42,648 nucleotides of DNA. It comes from a virus (Duplodnaviria > Heunggongvirae > Uroviricota > Caudoviricetes). The position numbers were made by a program, and so were the translations under genes. The first letter of the stretch is position 1. Each line of letters starts with the position of its first letter. The DNA lies in IMG/VR virus record IMGVR_UViG_2563366978_000002, positions 1 to 42,648 of that record. One strand, written 5' to 3'. The notes beneath the pieces are model-generated. The model was not told where the DNA came from and ran no database searches. It saw only the letters and a list, made by a program, of their open reading frames with translations. Of the stretch, positions 17,830 through 27,684 are shown piece by piece.

Positions 17830-17904
17830 GGGTCAGTCGTATAAAGGTCATTACGGAAGGCTGTTAACCTTCTTATCGTGGTTCGAGCCCACGCTGTCCC
17901 GCCA
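17830..17904 (+). tRNA. tRNA-like gene, anticodon GUU (Asn) by manual fold; two stem mismatches
   Basis: Cloverleaf by eye: acceptor GGGTCAG/CTGTCCC (one T-T mismatch), D-arm with GG, anticodon stem GAAGG/CCTTC with loop CTGTTAA, T-arm CGTGG-TTCGAGC-CCACG, discriminator G, encoded CCA. Confidence 0.5.
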
Positions 17905-17909
17905 AACAT

Positions 17910-17985
17910 GCTGGTTTAGCTCCAATGGTAGAGCAGTCGCCTTGTAAGCGAATGGGTAGCGGTTCAAGTCCGTTAACCAGCACCA
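17910..17985 (+). tRNA. tRNA, anticodon UGU (Thr) by manual fold
   Basis: Acceptor GCTGGTT/AACCAGC, U8A9, D-arm GCTC-CAATGGTA-GAGC, anticodon loop CTTGTAA, T-arm AGCGG-TTCAAGT-CCGTT, discriminator A, encoded CCA. Confidence 0.7.
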
Positions 17986-18072
17986 TAACTGAGCCGTAGC
18001 CACTGGCTATCCTGAATTCATCAGTGATAGTTATGCTGCGGCCTTCTACACATGACCTTCGTGAAAGCGGGT

Positions 18073-18108
18073 GGCATGAGGTTGCGCTAACAACCTCATG
18101 CCGTTTTG
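18073..18108 (+). terminator. Candidate intrinsic terminator (tR'-like) between the tRNAs and the lysis genes
   Basis: 12-bp stem GGCATGAGGTTG / CAACCTCATGCC with loop CGCTAA, followed by GTTTTG. Confidence 0.55.
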
Positions 18109-18227
18109 CCCGTGCATATCGGTCACGAACAAATCTGATTACTAAACACAGTAGCCTGGATTTGTTCTATCAGTAATCGACCTTATTCCTAATTAAATAG
18201 AGCAAATCCCCTTATTGGGGGTAAGAC

Positions 18228-18551
18228 ATGAAGATGCCAGAAAAACATGACCTGTTAGCCGCCATTCTCGCGGCAAAGGAACAAGGCATCGGGGCAATCC
18301 TTGCGTTTGCAATGGCGTACCTTCGCGGCAGATATAATGGCGGTGCGTTTACAAAAACAGTAATCGACGCAACGATGTGCGCCATTATCGCCTGGTTCAT
18401 TCGTGACCTTCTCGACTTCGCCGGACTAAGTAGCAATCTCGCTTATATAACGAGCGTGTTCATCGGCTACATCGGTACTGACTCGATTGGTTCGCTTATC
18501 AAACGCTTCGCTGCTAAAAAAGCCGGAGTAGAAGATGGTGGAAATCAATAA
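18228..18551 (+). CDS. S: Holin S (lambda S, class I holin, dual-start MKM)
   Basis: 107-aa [65 protein letters not shown]..., essentially lambda S as recalled. Confidence 0.95.
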   Translation: MKMPEKHDLLAAILAAKEQGIGAILAFAMAYLRGRYNGGAFTKTVIDATMCAIIAWFIRDLLDFAGLSSNLAYITSVFIGYIGTDSIGSLIKRFAAKKAGVEDGGNQ

Positions 18552-19011
18552 TCAACGTAAGGCGTTCCTCGATATGCTGGCGTGGTCAGAGGGAACTGAT
18601 AACGGACGACAGAAAACCAGAAATCATGGTTATGACGTCATTGTTGGCGGAGAGCTATTCACTGATTACTCAGATCACCCTCGCAAACTTGTCACGCTAA
18701 ACCCAAAACTCAAATCAACAGCAGCCGGACGTTACCAGCTTCTTTCCCGTTGGTGGGATGCCTATCGTAAGCAGCTTGGCCTGAAAGACTTCTCTCCGAA
18801 AAGCCAGGACGCTGTGGCATTGCAGCAGATTAAAGAGCGTGGCGCTTTACCGATGATTGATCGCGGTGATATTCGTCAGGCTATCGACCGTTGCAGCAAT
18901 ATCTGGGCTTCACTGCCGGGCGCTGGTTATGGTCAGTTCGAGCATAAGGCTGACAGCCTGATTGCAAAATTCAAAGAAGCAGGCGGAACGGTCAGAGAGA
19001 TTGAGGTATGA
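18535..19011 (+). CDS. R: Endolysin R (lambda-type lytic transglycosylase)
   Basis: 158-aa [55 protein letters not shown]..., essentially lambda R as recalled. Confidence 0.95.
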   Translation: MVEINNQRKAFLDMLAWSEGTDNGRQKTRNHGYDVIVGGELFTDYSDHPRKLVTLNPKLKSTAAGRYQLLSRWWDAYRKQLGLKDFSPKSQDAVALQQIKERGALPMIDRGDIRQAIDRCSNIWASLPGAGYGQFEHKADSLIAKFKEAGGTVREIEV

Positions 19012-19445
19012 GCAGAGTAACCGCGATTATCTCCGCTCTGGTTATCTGCATCATCGTCTGCCTGTCGTGGGCTGTTAATCATTACCGTGATAACGCCATC
19101 GCCTACAAAGACCAGCGCGATAAAGCCACATCCATCATCGCTGATATGCAGAAGCGTCAACGTGATGTAGCAGAACTCGATGCCAGATATACAAAGGAGC
19201 TTGCTGATGCTAACGCGACTATCGAAAGTCTCCGTGCTGATGTTTCTGCTGGTCGTAAGCGCCTGCAAGTCGCCGCCACCTGTGCAAAGTCAACGACCAG
19301 AGCCAGCGGCATGGGCGATGGAGAAAGCCCAAGACTTACAGCAGATGCTGAACTCAATTATTACCGTCTCCGAAGTGGAATCGACAGGATAACCGCGCAG
19401 GTTAACTACCTGCAGGAGTACATCAGGACGCAATGCCTTCGATGA
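19008..19445 (+). CDS. Rz: Spanin, inner-membrane subunit Rz
   Basis: 145-aa ORF with N-terminal TM helix and coiled-coil periplasmic domain; follows R as in lambda. Confidence 0.85.
   Translation: MSRVTAIISALVICIIVCLSWAVNHYRDNAIAYKDQRDKATSIIADMQKRQRDVAELDARYTKELADANATIESLRADVSAGRKRLQVAATCAKSTTRASGMGDGESPRLTADAELNYYRLRSGIDRITAQVNYLQEYIRTQCLR
19207..19392 (+). CDS. Rz1: Spanin, outer-membrane lipoprotein subunit Rz1 (embedded in Rz in the +1 frame)
   Basis: Embedded [30 protein letters not shown]... with lipobox (LVVSAC) and Pro-rich mature region. Confidence 0.7.
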   Translation: MLTRLSKVSVLMFLLVVSACKSPPPVQSQRPEPAAWAMEKAQDLQQMLNSIITVSEVESTG

Positions 19446-19621
19446 TAGCGATAATTTTACTCATCATCCTTCACATCTGGCTCTGTAGACAGGGTGGTGA
19501 TCACTTCTGGAGTGAATCCAGATTAAACATCTCATTGCTGATGCTTGATATTGAGCATCAGGCGCGCGGTAAGGGGCTGCGTTGAGATAAGAGCCAGTCA
19601 TTACAAATACCAGGATTTAGC

Positions 19622-19643
19622 CTCGCATTCGCGGGTTTTTTTA
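19622..19643 (+). terminator. Candidate intrinsic terminator after the lysis cassette
   Basis: Short GC stem (CTCGC / GCGGG with one G-U pair) followed by a T7 run. Confidence 0.45.
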
Positions 19644-19666
19644 TTCCCAACTCCATAGGTAATTTT

Positions 19667-20146
19667 ATGACCCAGCATATTGGCGTAAAACTGATTAACG
19701 CCTTTCCGATGACGAGACAGGCATATAACGATTTTCGTGGCTGGCAGCTTCCTGCCGGAGAAAACGGCGAGGACGAAGGCTATCTGGTTGAATATCTGGA
19801 TGGCGGAAAACCTAACACCGATCGCTTTGATGGCTACGTTAGCTGGAGTCCAAAAGAAGTATTCGAAAAGGCTTATCGTCCGGTATCAGGGTTAAGTTTC
19901 GGCCTTGCCATGGAAGCGTTAAAACAGGGCAAAAGTTTGCAGCGGGCAGGATGGAATGGGAAAGACCAGTTTGTTTATCTCGTGAAAGGGGAAAAATTAG
20001 CGTCTGCGTTGGGTTATGGCTTTGGCGAATATGTTGGCGAGCCAACTTTCAATGACACGCTTGTATTGAAAAACTCACAGAACCGCCTTGCTACATGGGT
20101 TCCATCCATTGGCGACCTGATGGCTGAAGACTGGCAAATCATTTAA
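19667..20146 (+). CDS. Hypothetical protein with DUF2829-like C-terminal half (possible Tad2-like anti-defence sponge)
   Basis: 159-aa ORF; C-terminal ...GLAMEALKQGKSLQRAGWNGKDQFVYLVKG...SIGDLMAEDWQII resembles DUF2829 proteins as I recall them; sits between lysis and packaging modules. Confidence 0.45.
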   Translation: MTQHIGVKLINAFPMTRQAYNDFRGWQLPAGENGEDEGYLVEYLDGGKPNTDRFDGYVSWSPKEVFEKAYRPVSGLSFGLAMEALKQGKSLQRAGWNGKDQFVYLVKGEKLASALGYGFGEYVGEPTFNDTLVLKNSQNRLATWVPSIGDLMAEDWQII

Positions 20147-20449
20147 CCATGTAGGCATTACAAAGCCTATCTACGGGTGGGCTTGATAATGAAACCGGAA
20201 TTTATTCTGGGCCACCAGTTAACGGCAGTACCACGAAACAACCCAAGCCAGTAAGTGGGGAAATAACACTGGCAGCCACTGAAAGATGAACCTCCTGCCT
20301 TATGGCAAAAAAGATTCTTTGTGGTGGCGGACTGATGGAAAGACATCGGTTATTGCAGAGGCCATTCAATGAATGGTCTCGACAATGGCTTATACCATAC
20401 ACGGGATAACTTAACTGATATCCCTTTTAACGGATAAACGGAGCCAACA

Positions 20450-20692
20450 ATGGCAGAGATTATTCCCATGACTGAAGAACAGAAATTCCAGTTAGAGATT
20501 TACAAACTGGTCATGAACCAGAACGCAGCCGCAGAAGAAGCATTTCAGTTCATTGGCACTGACGAGCTGAAGCTTGAGTTATTCAAAATTCACTTCCAGT
20601 CAGGCGGCGCTAATTCAGATATCACGACCCGCACAATCGAAGCGGTGCGTAAATCGAAGGAAGCGTTAGACCTGTTCACTACCGGAGCATAA
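20450..20692 (+). CDS. Hypothetical protein upstream of terminase
   Basis: 80-aa ORF with GGAG RBS; ends 2 nt before the small-terminase start. Confidence 0.45.
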   Translation: MAEIIPMTEEQKFQLEIYKLVMNQNAAAEEAFQFIGTDELKLELFKIHFQSGGANSDITTRTIEAVRKSKEALDLFTTGA

Positions 20693-20694
20693 AC

Positions 20695-21135
20695 ATGGCG
20701 CGCCCAACAAAGTATCAAGAGGCGTATGCCGAACAGGCACGCAAACTGTGCTTGCTGGGCTACACCGATGCAGAGCTTGCTGATTTCTTCGAAGTCAGTG
20801 AGTCAACTATTAACAAGTGGAAGCTTGATTATCCTGAGTTTTCGGAGTCCATAAAAAAGGGTAAGGCCGTCGCTGATGCAGAAGTTAGTGATCGTCTTTA
20901 TCAACGCGCTATGGGCTTCGTGGCTCCAGACATCGATATTCGTGTTATTGAAAACAGAATTGTCGAAACTCCGCTTGAGAAGTATTACCCGCCTGATACA
21001 ACCGCCGCCATCTTCTGGCTTAAGAACCGACAGAAGGATAAATGGCGCGATAAGGTTGATCACGAGCTAACAGGCAAAGACGGCGGCGCAATCCAGATTG
21101 AAACATCACCGATGAGCACTCTATTCGGAAAATGA
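20695..21135 (+). CDS. Terminase small subunit (Sf6 gp1-like)
   Basis: 146-aa ORF with N-terminal HTH-like segment; C-terminus ...ELTGKDGGAIQIETSPMSTLFGK resembles the Sf6-type small terminase as recalled; directly precedes the large terminase. Confidence 0.7.
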   Translation: MARPTKYQEAYAEQARKLCLLGYTDAELADFFEVSESTINKWKLDYPEFSESIKKGKAVADAEVSDRLYQRAMGFVAPDIDIRVIENRIVETPLEKYYPPDTTAAIFWLKNRQKDKWRDKVDHELTGKDGGAIQIETSPMSTLFGK

Positions 21136-22547
21136 CCTCGATTAATCCTATCTTTGAACCGTTCATTGAGGCGCATCGCTATAAAGTCGCCAAAGGCGGT
21201 CGAGGTAGCGGTAAGTCATGGGCAATCGCGAGGCTGCTTGTTGAAGCGGCGCGTCGGCAGCCGGTGCGTATTCTCTGCGCTCGTGAACTGCAAAACAGTA
21301 TCAGCGATTCGGTAATCCGGTTGCTTGAAGACACCATAGAGCGGGAAGGGTATTCGGCTGAGTTTGAAATTCAGCGTTCAATGATTCGTCATCTCGGAAC
21401 GAATGCTGAGTTCATGTTCTACGGCATCAAAAACAACCCGACGAAGATTAAATCGCTCGAAGGCATTGATATCTGCTGGGTGGAGGAAGCGGAAGCGGTA
21501 ACGAAGGAATCATGGGATATCCTGATACCAACCATCCGCAAGCCATTTTCCGAAATATGGGTGAGCTTCAACCCGAAAAACATCCTCGACGATACCTATC
21601 AGCGATTCGTAGTAAACCCTCCCGATGATATTTGTCTGCTGACGGTGAACTACACCGACAACCCGCACTTTCCTGAAGTTCTCCGTCTGGAGATGAAAGA
21701 GTGCAAACGCAGAAATCCGACACTGTATCGTCACATCTGGCTTGGTGAGCCGGTAAGCGCAAGTGATATGGCAATCATCAAACGTGAATGGCTTGAAGCC
21801 GCAACCGATGCGCACAAGAAACTCGGATGGAAAGCGAAAGGTGCGGTTGTTTCTGCGCATGACCCGTCAGATACAGGGCCAGATGCTAAAGGTTACGCAT
21901 CGCGTCACGGTTCGGTGGTTAAGCGCATTGCCGAAGGTCTGCTGATGGACATCAACGAGGGTGCTGACTGGGCTACTTCGCTGGCGATTGAAGACAGCGC
22001 TGACCATTACCTGTGGGATGGTGATGGCGTCGGTGCGGGGCTACGCAGACAGACAACGGAAGCATTCTCCGGTAAGAAAATCACCGCCACGATGTTCAAG
22101 GGCAGTGAATCGCCATTCGATGAAGATGCGCCGTATCAGGCCGGAGCATGGGCTGATGAAGTCGTACAGGGCGACAACGTTCGCACTATTGGTGATGTGT
22201 TCCGCAATAAGCGAGCGCAATTCTATTACGCGCTGGCTGACAGGCTGTATCTGACATATCGGGCGGTTGTCCACGGTGAGTATGCAGACCCCGACGACAT
22301 GCTGAGCTTCGACAAAGAAGCGATAGGCGAGAAGATGCTGGAGAAGCTGTTTGCAGAACTGACGCAGATTCAGCGCAAATTCAATAATAACGGGAAGCTG
22401 GAGCTTATGACTAAGGTCGAAATGAAGCAGAAGCTCGGTATCCCATCTCCTAACCTGGCTGATGCGCTGATGATGTGTATGCATTGCCCGGAGTCGGCTG
22501 CGCAACCCGACTATTCCAGTTACTCAATTCCTTGTGGTGTAGGTTGA
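21132..22547 (+). CDS. Terminase large subunit (headful-packaging ATPase/nuclease, P22/Sf6 gp2-like)
   Basis: 471-aa ORF with Walker A (KGGRGSGKSWA) and C-terminal nuclease-like region; precedes the portal gene. Confidence 0.85.
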   Translation: MTSINPIFEPFIEAHRYKVAKGGRGSGKSWAIARLLVEAARRQPVRILCARELQNSISDSVIRLLEDTIEREGYSAEFEIQRSMIRHLGTNAEFMFYGIKNNPTKIKSLEGIDICWVEEAEAVTKESWDILIPTIRKPFSEIWVSFNPKNILDDTYQRFVVNPPDDICLLTVNYTDNPHFPEVLRLEMKECKRRNPTLYRHIWLGEPVSASDMAIIKREWLEAATDAHKKLGWKAKGAVVSAHDPSDTGPDAKGYASRHGSVVKRIAEGLLMDINEGADWATSLAIEDSADHYLWDGDGVGAGLRRQTTEAFSGKKITATMFKGSESPFDEDAPYQAGAWADEVVQGDNVRTIGDVFRNKRAQFYYALADRLYLTYRAVVHGEYADPDDMLSFDKEAIGEKMLEKLFAELTQIQRKFNNNGKLELMTKVEMKQKLGIPSPNLADALMMCMHCPESAAQPDYSSYSIPCGVG

Positions 22548-22548
22548 T

Positions 22549-24747
22549 ATGGCAGAAAAAAAGATGACTGACTGGCATCGCAAGGTGCTGTGCAACTTTG
22601 ATAATGCCTGGTCAGCAACGCAGGATATGCGTGAGCAGATTATTGAGGCTCAACGTTTCGTCCGGGTGTCCGGCGCACAGTGGGAAGGCAGCACAAACGC
22701 TGGTTACTCATTTGATGAAGGCAGGTTTGAGCATTACCCGCGCTTTGAACTGAATAAGATTGCCCGTGAATGTGATCGCATCATTGGCGAGTATCGACAG
22801 AATCGCATCAGCGTTAAATTCAGGCCGAAGGACGATAAGGCATCGGAAGCGTTAGCCGAAAAGATGAACGGCAAATTCCGCGCTGACTATCAGGAAACAT
22901 CCGGTGGCGAAGCGTGTGATAACGCATTTGATGATGCTGTAACGGGCGGATTCGGTTGTTTCCGCATGTGTGCCGATTACGAAGATGAAATGGATCCGAG
23001 TAACGAGCAGCGCCGCATCAGCCTTCTTCCTGTTTACGACCCAGCGACATGCGTCTTCTTCGATCAGGACAGCAAGCAATATGACCGTTCTGATGCTATG
23101 TGGGCTATGGAAATGTTCTCCATGACGCCTAAAGCGTTCGAGACTGAATACCCTGATTCCATCGCGGCAAGCCTTTCTCGTGATGACACTGGCACTCAGT
23201 ATGACTGGTCAACGCCTGATGCCATCTATGTTGGACGCTACTACGAAGTTCGCATAGAGAAGGTGAAGCTCACGGCGTGGCGCAACCCTGTTAGCGGAGA
23301 AACGGCAATCTATGATGAAGAGCAAATCAAAGATATTGTTGACGAGCTGACCGATGGCGCATTCGAACTGATTGGCGAGCGGACAGTGAAGAAACGCCGC
23401 GTTTATTGCGGCCTTCTGTCTGGCGCTGAATGGCTGGAAGAACCGAAGCGTATTCCGGGCGAACATATTCCTCTCATCCCGGTATATGGGCGTCGCTCAT
23501 TTGTTGATAATCAGGAGCGAATCGAAGGCCACGCTGCAAAAGCGATGGATGCACAGCGTCTTGAGAACCTGATGGTTTCCATGATTGCAGATAACGCTAC
23601 TCAGGCTGGCGGTGATGGCATTCCTATCGTGGATGTTGATTTCATTCCCGGTCCATTAATGAATCACTGGGCAGAGAGGAATAAGAAAAGACCAGCAGTT
23701 CTTCCCATGACCAGCAAGAAGGACAAAAACGGAACGGTCATTTCAGAGGCTCAGGTTGCTGGCTGGACGCCTCCGACACAAATGCCTCCAGCTCTTGCCG
23801 GGCTATTGCAGTACACCGGAACGGCTATTCAGCAAATTACAGGTGCTTCGCAGCTTGAGAACATGCCGAGCAACGTCGCCACCGATACCGTTGATAGCAT
23901 TTTTAACCGGATGGACACGCAGTCCTATATCTACATGGACAACATGGCTAAATCCATGCGTCGCGCTGGCGTTGTGTGGCTTTCTATGGCGCGTGAAGTC
24001 TATGGCAGCGATACGCCGATGCGTATCGTTAATGAGGACGGCAGCGATGACGTGGCGCTGATGACTGGTGAAGTGGTTGACCGTCAGACAGGGCAGGTTA
24101 TCGCGCTTAACGACCTTTCGCAGGGTAACTATGAAGTGACTGTCGATGTCGGTCAGTCGTTCGCTACTCGCCGTGATGCAACGGTTAAGTCGTTACTTTC
24201 CATGCTGGCACTTATCCCGCCAGGAACGCCGAAGCATGACCTTGTATCGTCGATGATTCTCGACAATATGGACGGCGAAGGGATGGACGACCTGAAAGAA
24301 TACAACCGCAATCAGTTGCTTCTGTCTGGCGTTATCAAGCCGAGAACGCCTGAAGAACAGCAAATGGTTGAGCAGGCGAAACAACAACAGGCCAGTCAGC
24401 CAGATCCGGCTATGGTTGCTGCGCAAGGTCAGCTTCTTGCTGGTCAGGCTGAATTGCAGAAAGCGCAGAACGAACAAGCAGCCATTCAGGTTAAAGCATT
24501 CCAGGCACAGACGGATGCTCAGGTTGCTGCGGCAAATGTTGTGAAAATCCTCGCATCTGCCGATAGCCAGCAAAAATCTGATATCCGTGAGGCGCTGAAA
24601 CTGCTCGGACAGTTCCAGCAACAGCAAGGAGATAATGCCCGTGCTGATGCAGAGCTTGTCCTGAAGAGTCAGGCGCAGGGCCATGCGCAGCGCATGGACA
24701 TCAACAGCATCCTGCAAAAATCAACTCAGCAACAACCACAGCAGTAA
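22549..24747 (+). CDS. Portal protein (P22 gp1-like)
   Basis: 732-aa ORF; central ...AGEHIPLIPVYG... and Gln-rich C-terminal tail (...EEQQMVEQAKQQQASQPDPAMVAAQGQLLAGQAELQKAQNEQ...) closely resemble P22 gp1 as recalled. Confidence 0.9.
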   Translation: MAEKKMTDWHRKVLCNFDNAWSATQDMREQIIEAQRFVRVSGAQWEGSTNAGYSFDEGRFEHYPRFELNKIARECDRIIGEYRQNRISVKFRPKDDKASEALAEKMNGKFRADYQETSGGEACDNAFDDAVTGGFGCFRMCADYEDEMDPSNEQRRISLLPVYDPATCVFFDQDSKQYDRSDAMWAMEMFSMTPKAFETEYPDSIAASLSRDDTGTQYDWSTPDAIYVGRYYEVRIEKVKLTAWRNPVSGETAIYDEEQIKDIVDELTDGAFELIGERTVKKRRVYCGLLSGAEWLEEPKRIPGEHIPLIPVYGRRSFVDNQERIEGHAAKAMDAQRLENLMVSMIADNATQAGGDGIPIVDVDFIPGPLMNHWAERNKKRPAVLPMTSKKDKNGTVISEAQVAGWTPPTQMPPALAGLLQYTGTAIQQITGASQLENMPSNVATDTVDSIFNRMDTQSYIYMDNMAKSMRRAGVVWLSMAREVYGSDTPMRIVNEDGSDDVALMTGEVVDRQTGQVIALNDLSQGNYEVTVDVGQSFATRRDATVKSLLSMLALIPPGTPKHDLVSSMILDNMDGEGMDDLKEYNRNQLLLSGVIKPRTPEEQQMVEQAKQQQASQPDPAMVAAQGQLLAGQAELQKAQNEQAAIQVKAFQAQTDAQVAAANVVKILASADSQQKSDIREALKLLGQFQQQQGDNARADAELVLKSQAQGHAQRMDINSILQKSTQQQPQQ

Positions 24748-24837
24748 TTAACCCATAACGTGCAATGGCTGTCTTTATGAGGCCTGGCACCCTATTGCCT
24801 TCCGATGGGCTGAACATCGAGTAAACAGGGGTAAAAA

Positions 24838-25731
24838 ATGGACCAGATGGCAGAAAACACACCAGAAGTTGAAATCGAAACCGACGCGTCAGAGCAGATT
24901 CCTGATGATGTCGAACTGGCTGAAGAAGTCGAAACAGCAGATGGCAGTGAGTCCTCAGGAAATGATGCAGAGGAAGCTACTGACACTGATGACGACGAAT
25001 CAGAACAGGAATTCTACTTTGGTGACGAAAAGCTGGATTCGCCAACCAGCGAAGATGGAGCTGAGCATGGACTGGTAAAACACTTGCGCAAGACGATTAA
25101 AGAGAAAGACCGCGAGCTGAAAGAGCTGATGCGTCAGTCTCAGAAACCCGTCGAGCAGCAGCCGGTAATCACTCAACCACCGCGAATGCCAAAACTGGAC
25201 GATGAGGACATCGGTTTCGATGAAGAAATCTACCAGCAACGCATGGCTAAGTGGGCAGAGGATAACGGCAAATACCAGGAGCAAGTACGAGAGCGGAAAC
25301 GAGAGGAAGAGGCGCGTACCGCAACGCTTCAGCAGAAAGCAGCCAATTACATGCAGAGAGTAAAAGCACTGAAAGTGGCTGGCTACCAGGATGCAGAGCA
25401 GGCTGTACGCGAAGATGTTCCTGTTCATATTCAGGACATGATCCTTCTTGAGTCAGAGAAGCCGGAAATCGTTGTTCTGGCGCTCGGTCGCAACGCTGAA
25501 CTGCGCAAGCAACTGGCAGAAGCTACCAACCCCGTAGCAATTGGTCGTCTGCTGGAACGTATCGAATCGAAGGCCAGAATCATGCCAAAAGCAAAAACCA
25601 CGGCAGCCACAACCCCGACAGTTAAGGGGAGCAACGGCGCAGTAATCAACAACCTCGACAAATTGAAAGCCAAGGCGCTGGAAACTGGTGACTGGACGCC
25701 GTATTTCGCCGCTAAAAAGGCAAAAAAATAA
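24838..25731 (+). CDS. Scaffolding protein (P22 gp8-like)
   Basis: 297-aa acidic, helical-looking protein between portal and coat genes. Confidence 0.7.
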   Translation: MDQMAENTPEVEIETDASEQIPDDVELAEEVETADGSESSGNDAEEATDTDDDESEQEFYFGDEKLDSPTSEDGAEHGLVKHLRKTIKEKDRELKELMRQSQKPVEQQPVITQPPRMPKLDDEDIGFDEEIYQQRMAKWAEDNGKYQEQVRERKREEEARTATLQQKAANYMQRVKALKVAGYQDAEQAVREDVPVHIQDMILLESEKPEIVVLALGRNAELRKQLAEATNPVAIGRLLERIESKARIMPKAKTTAATTPTVKGSNGAVINNLDKLKAKALETGDWTPYFAAKKAKK

Positions 25732-25749
25732 CCTATCGGAGCATTAAGC

Positions 25750-27003
25750 ATGGCTAACCAATTAGCAAAAGACCTTGAAATCATGTTCGAAAACTACGTT
25801 GAAGGCTTTGAGGCCGCCTGCGTAGTTTCCCGTAACGCTAAAAAATTCCGTCCCGGTGATACAGCAATGCAGCGAGCAGGTGATGTTCTGTATCGTCCGC
25901 AGCATTACCACATGAACATTGAGGAAGGCCTCGATCTCAGCAGCAAAACGCCTACAGCACTGGTTCAGCGCCTTGTTCCTTCTGTGTTCAAGGAGCCGAA
26001 AAACATTCTGTACACTCTGGATGCGCGTGAAATGCGTGACCCTGAGCATAAAACTGAAGCTGGTCGCGCCGCAGGTATGCGCCTTGCTGCACAGATTGAC
26101 TCTGACCTGATTTCCATGGTTACGCAGCGTGCTACTAACGTGATCACAATGTCTGACTCAACCACAGGTACACAGGGCCGTGATTTGTGGAACTGTGCGG
26201 CAGGTATTGATGCCACCATGACGGCGATTGGTGTACCGCAGGGTATCAACCGTCGCTCTTTCTGGAACCCCTTCAACTACAAAGACCTTGCTGGCGAGCT
26301 TGGTCACCGTGCCTACGCTCAGGGCGCAACCCTGACAGCATACGAAAAAGCGCAGATCCCTCCGGTTGCTTCCTTTGATAGCTACAAGACCGATATTTCT
26401 GGTCGATTACCGAAAGGAAGCGCTGAATCCTTGACAGTATCAGGCCAACCTGAACACAAGGTTGAAGCGAAAGATTCAAATGGTATGCCAGTTGATAACC
26501 GACAGGGGACTATTACGGTATCTGCATCTGGCTTGCAGGTTGGTGATGCGTTCACCATTGCCGGTGTGAATTCCGTACACCAGATCACAAAAGATACCAC
26601 CGGGCAACCGCAGGTATTCCGTGTTCTGGCTGTTAGCGGAACTACCGTAACAATCTCTCCAAAGATTCTCCCTGTTGAAAATACCGATGTTGCGAGTCGT
26701 CCATATGCAAACGTCGATGCCAAACCGGCAGAATCAGCAGCAATCACCATTCTCAACAAGAACGCAGCACCTGCTAACCTGTTCTGGGCTGATGGTTCTG
26801 TTGAGCTGATGTACGGCAAACTAGCGTTCCCGACTGGTCAGGGTCCACAGGTAATGACAGCAACCACCGAGCAGGGCGCTACGCTGATCATGTCTTACGC
26901 CTTCGACCACATCAAAGGCGTAACCACTGCTCGTTTCACCACTCTGTACGGTTGCTCTGTACTTGTTCCTGAATATACGGGCATCGTTATTGCCGGGCAG
27001 TAA
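25750..27003 (+). CDS. Major capsid (coat) protein, P22/Sf6 gp5-like
   Basis: 417-aa ORF at the conserved position; ...FWADGSVELMYGKLAFP... parallels P22 coat ...FWADDAIRIVSQPIP... as recalled; followed by a strong terminator. Confidence 0.8.
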   Translation: MANQLAKDLEIMFENYVEGFEAACVVSRNAKKFRPGDTAMQRAGDVLYRPQHYHMNIEEGLDLSSKTPTALVQRLVPSVFKEPKNILYTLDAREMRDPEHKTEAGRAAGMRLAAQIDSDLISMVTQRATNVITMSDSTTGTQGRDLWNCAAGIDATMTAIGVPQGINRRSFWNPFNYKDLAGELGHRAYAQGATLTAYEKAQIPPVASFDSYKTDISGRLPKGSAESLTVSGQPEHKVEAKDSNGMPVDNRQGTITVSASGLQVGDAFTIAGVNSVHQITKDTTGQPQVFRVLAVSGTTVTISPKILPVENTDVASRPYANVDAKPAESAAITILNKNAAPANLFWADGSVELMYGKLAFPTGQGPQVMTATTEQGATLIMSYAFDHIKGVTTARFTTLYGCSVLVPEYTGIVIAGQ

Positions 27004-27007
27004 TTTT

Positions 27008-27032
27008 GGTGGGGCTTCGGCCCCATTTTTAT
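27008..27032 (+). terminator. Intrinsic terminator after the coat gene
   Basis: GGGGC-TTCG-GCCCC hairpin followed by ATTTTTATT. Confidence 0.6.
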
Positions 27033-27044
27033 TGGGAGAAGACA

Positions 27045-27233
27045 ATGGCACGAACAATGCTCTATAAGCCTGGCAACATGATCACCTGTGGTCAGTTTGC
27101 TGTCGATTACATCATTGTTGATGACGAAGAAGTTAAATCTCACCTGAAAAAAGGTTGGGTAAAAACTCCTGAAGAAACCGCAACGAAGCAAAAAGTGGCT
27201 AAGGCGGAAGAAGATGGCGAAAACGAAGGGTGA
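27045..27233 (+). CDS. Hypothetical small protein
   Basis: ATG at 27045 preceded by GGGAGAAG; 62 aa; overlaps the gp4-like start. Confidence 0.35.
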   Translation: MARTMLYKPGNMITCGQFAVDYIIVDDEEVKSHLKKGWVKTPEETATKQKVAKAEEDGENEG

Positions 27234-27675
27234 TCTCGTTCTAAAGGCTTTACGAAAAGCCGGGCTGTATTCCAATGCCACGTTGACAGATGCCGACCCT
27301 CAGGCAATTGAAGATGCCATTAATGACCTTGAAGACATGATGGCAGCATGGCAGGCGAAAGGTATCGAGCTTGGATATCAGTTTGCGGATACAGAAAACG
27401 GCATCATGCCGTTACCTGACGATGATTCAGGTATCCCTGCATGGGCAAATGATGGCGTCGCTTTGAAACTCGCTGTGCAAGTGTGCATGGATAACGTCAT
27501 TCAGCCGTCGGATGCTCTCCTTACCGCTGCTGACAGCGCATATCAGACAATCTGCATCGCTTTAACCAAAATACCACCACTTGAGCGGCGAAATGACATG
27601 CCTCGCGGTAGTGGTAACAAAAGCGCGTTTACGTGGAATCGGTTTTACATCGAGAAAGATGATCCGAGTACGTGA
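27214..27675 (+). CDS. Head-to-tail adaptor / tail accessory factor (P22 gp4-like)
   Basis: 153-aa ORF MAKTKGDLVLKALRKAGLYSNATLTDADPQAIEDAINDLEDMMAAW... resembles P22 gp4 (...[44 protein letters not shown]...) as recalled. Confidence 0.8.
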   Translation: MAKTKGDLVLKALRKAGLYSNATLTDADPQAIEDAINDLEDMMAAWQAKGIELGYQFADTENGIMPLPDDDSGIPAWANDGVALKLAVQVCMDNVIQPSDALLTAADSAYQTICIALTKIPPLERRNDMPRGSGNKSAFTWNRFYIEKDDPST

Positions 27676-27684
27676 GGTGAATAA

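Noticed and set aside
20147-20449. About 300 bp between the DUF2829-like gene and the next ORF, with only short ORFs (a 66-aa minus-strand ORF and a 20-aa plus-strand ORF)
   Set aside because: No convincing coding potential or RBS; could hold a promoter or packaging-related site but I see no defined motif.
24193-25784. Long minus-strand ORFs (174, 142 and 117 aa) antisense to the portal and scaffold genes
   Set aside because: Antisense to strongly supported structural genes, low-complexity translations, no RBS.
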